This document shows positions 62,419-64,000 of a stretch of DNA of 64,000 nt, piece after piece. The DNA lies in assembly GCA_963785725.1 (NCBI GenBank), contig CAWAWS010000016.1, forward strand, positions 288,001 to 352,000, read 5' to 3'. Under the pieces are notes generated by a model that was given only the letters and a program-made list of their open reading frames with translations, was not told the DNA's origin and did no database searches. Origin of the DNA: an uncultured delta proteobacterium (lineage in GTDB: Bacteria; Myxococcota_A; Polyangia; Palsa-1104). Position numbers and translations under genes: made by a program. Position 1 is the first letter of the stretch, and each line of letters begins with the position of its first letter.

Positions 62419-63183
62419 ATGCGGATCCTCCTCGGCGTCGGCCTGGCCCTCGCGTTCGTCGGTTGTGCAGGCACGGAAAAGAAGGACACGAACGTCGCCG
62501 GCGAAGGCGCGAACGGCGGCCAACCGGGAACGGCATCGAAGGATCGCAGCCGCTGCGATCCGTCGGGCAAGAAGATCGCCACCGTCGACTTGAACGGCGA
62601 CAACCGGCCCGACGTCTGGAAATACTACGCCACCGTCGTCGAGAACGGCGCCAAGGTCGATGTCCTGACGTGCAAAGAAGTGGACCTCAACTTCGATGAC
62701 AAGAAGGACATGTGGGTCTATTACGACAACGCCGGCAACATCAACAACGAGGAGTACGACCTCGACTTCGACGGCAAAATCGACTTTTGGATCTACCGCC
62801 AGAACGGCCACATCATCCGCAAAGAGCTCGACTCCAACTTCGACGGCAAGCCCGACATCTGGGAGTTCTACGAGAACGACAAGCTGACGCGCCTCGAACG
62901 CTCGACGCGTAAGACCGGCAAGGTCGACGTCTGGGAATATTACGAAGGCGGCAAGCTCGATCGCATCGGCTACGACTCGACGGGATCGGGCCAGATCGAT
63001 CGTTGGGATCGCGCGCCGGAAGAGGCGCAAGCGAGCAACGCCGCGGCGACGCCGGCCGCAGCGGGCGCGACCACGACGCCGGCTTCGAACGGCAGCGCCG
63101 CGCCGCCGCGCCCGCAGCCGCCGACGGTGGCGCCGGAATCGACCGCCAAGACCGGCGACGCGCCGGCCGCCAAGCAGAAGTAA
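62419..63183 (+). CDS. Lipoprotein with six DxxxDGxxDxW repeats (possibly Ca-binding)
   Basis: Lipobox FVGC; DLNGDNRPDVW, DLNFDDKKDMW, DLDFDGKIDFW, DSNFDGKPDIW and two degenerate copies. Confidence 0.8.
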   Translation: MRILLGVGLALAFVGCAGTEKKDTNVAGEGANGGQPGTASKDRSRCDPSGKKIATVDLNGDNRPDVWKYYATVVENGAKVDVLTCKEVDLNFDDKKDMWVYYDNAGNINNEEYDLDFDGKIDFWIYRQNGHIIRKELDSNFDGKPDIWEFYENDKLTRLERSTRKTGKVDVWEYYEGGKLDRIGYDSTGSGQIDRWDRAPEEAQASNAAATPAAAGATTTPASNGSAAPPRPQPPTVAPESTAKTGDAPAAKQK

Positions 63184-63202
63184 GCGCCCCGCTCGCCTCG
63201 CG

Positions 63203-64000
63203 CTATCGGAAGATCCAGCGCATCGCCTTCAGCGTCTGCTGATACAGCTTGTCGGAGTAGGGATACCACCAGAGCTCCTTGGCGAGCGCGAGGCGGTCGT
63301 AGTTCACGTGGCGCGACTGGCAGAGCTCGCGCAAGCCGTGGTCGGAGTGCGTGACGCCGATGCCCGACTGCTTGATGCCGCCCCACGGCGTCTCGGGCGC
63401 GCCGAACGTAAGTAAACAGTCGTTTACCATCGTCATGCCCGACTCGATCTTCTCGGCCAATCGCTTGCCCTTATTGCGATCGCCGGTGAAGACGTAGGCC
63501 ATGAGGCCGAGCGCCGAGTCGTTGGCGAGCTGCAAGGCTTCGTCATCGTCACGCACTTTCATGATCGGCATGACCGGCCCGAAGATCTCTTTGCGCATGA
63601 CGTCCATGTCTTGCTTGCAGTCGACGAGCACCGTCGGCTGGAACGCCAGGCCTTGGCCGCGCCGCTGCCCGCCCGTGCGCACTTTGGCGCCGCTCGCCAG
63701 CGCCGACTTCAGCCGCTCTTCGACGATTTCGGTCTGCCGCTCCCACGTCATCGCGCCCGTGTCCATGCCGGGCCGCAGCTTGTCGACTTCGGCGACGATC
63801 TTGTGCACCAGCTCGTCGTGCACCGCCTGGTTGACGTAGACGCGCTCGACGCTGACGCAGACTTGGCCCTGGTTCGCGAACGCGCCCCACACGAGCGCGC
63901 GCGCCGTGCGATCGAGGTCGGCGTCGGCGCAGACGATGGCCGGCGCCTTGCCGCCGAGCTCGAGGATGCACGGGATCAGCCGTTCGCCGCAGGCGGCAGC
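63203..64000 (-). CDS. Aldehyde dehydrogenase family protein, 5' end outside the window
   Basis: LELGGKAPAIV, FANQGQVCVS, EIFGPV, PWGGIKQSG. Confidence 0.93.
   Translation of the reverse strand, partial: AAACGERLIPCILELGGKAPAIVCADADLDRTARALVWGAFANQGQVCVSVERVYVNQAVHDELVHKIVAEVDKLRPGMDTGAMTWERQTEIVEERLKSALASGAKVRTGGQRRGQGLAFQPTVLVDCKQDMDVMRKEIFGPVMPIMKVRDDDEALQLANDSALGLMAYVFTGDRNKGKRLAEKIESGMTMVNDCLLTFGAPETPWGGIKQSGIGVTHSDHGLRELCQSRHVNYDRLALAKELWWYPYSDKLYQQTLKAMRWIFR

Overview
A very GC-rich, gene-dense chromosomal segment of about 60 genes. It most likely comes from a myxobacterium (Myxococcota). This is inferred from the several eukaryotic-type Ser/Thr kinases, many FHA proteins, MYXO-CTERM-like tails and sigma54-like promoters. 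Housekeeping genes: rpmB, ridA, tex, bcp, ygfZ-like, pheA-hisC-tyrA-aroA, a DsbD-like gene, a sirtuin, lepB, lepA and an aldehyde dehydrogenase. A Ser/Thr phospho-signalling region at about 40.3-53.4 kb holds a kinase, an FHA-protease, a PP2C phosphatase, two double-FHA proteins and an FHA-fused degenerate CpaF ATPase. Highlights: (i) several apparent pseudoenzymes, including a HisRS paralogue that has lost its catalytic motifs but keeps the anticodon-binding domain; (ii) a ferredoxin-dependent bilin reductase-like gene coupled to bcp; (iii) two ~140-bp palindromic MITE/ERIC-like elements whose ends supply gene stop codons; (iv) widespread leaderless-type promoters. Five genes carry frameshifts (exbD, prkA, a glycoside hydrolase, a kinase, a vWA lipoprotein), probably from sequencing or assembly errors. 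No tRNA, rRNA, CRISPR array, transposase or prophage was seen. All calls come from reading motifs by eye; no database searches were run.
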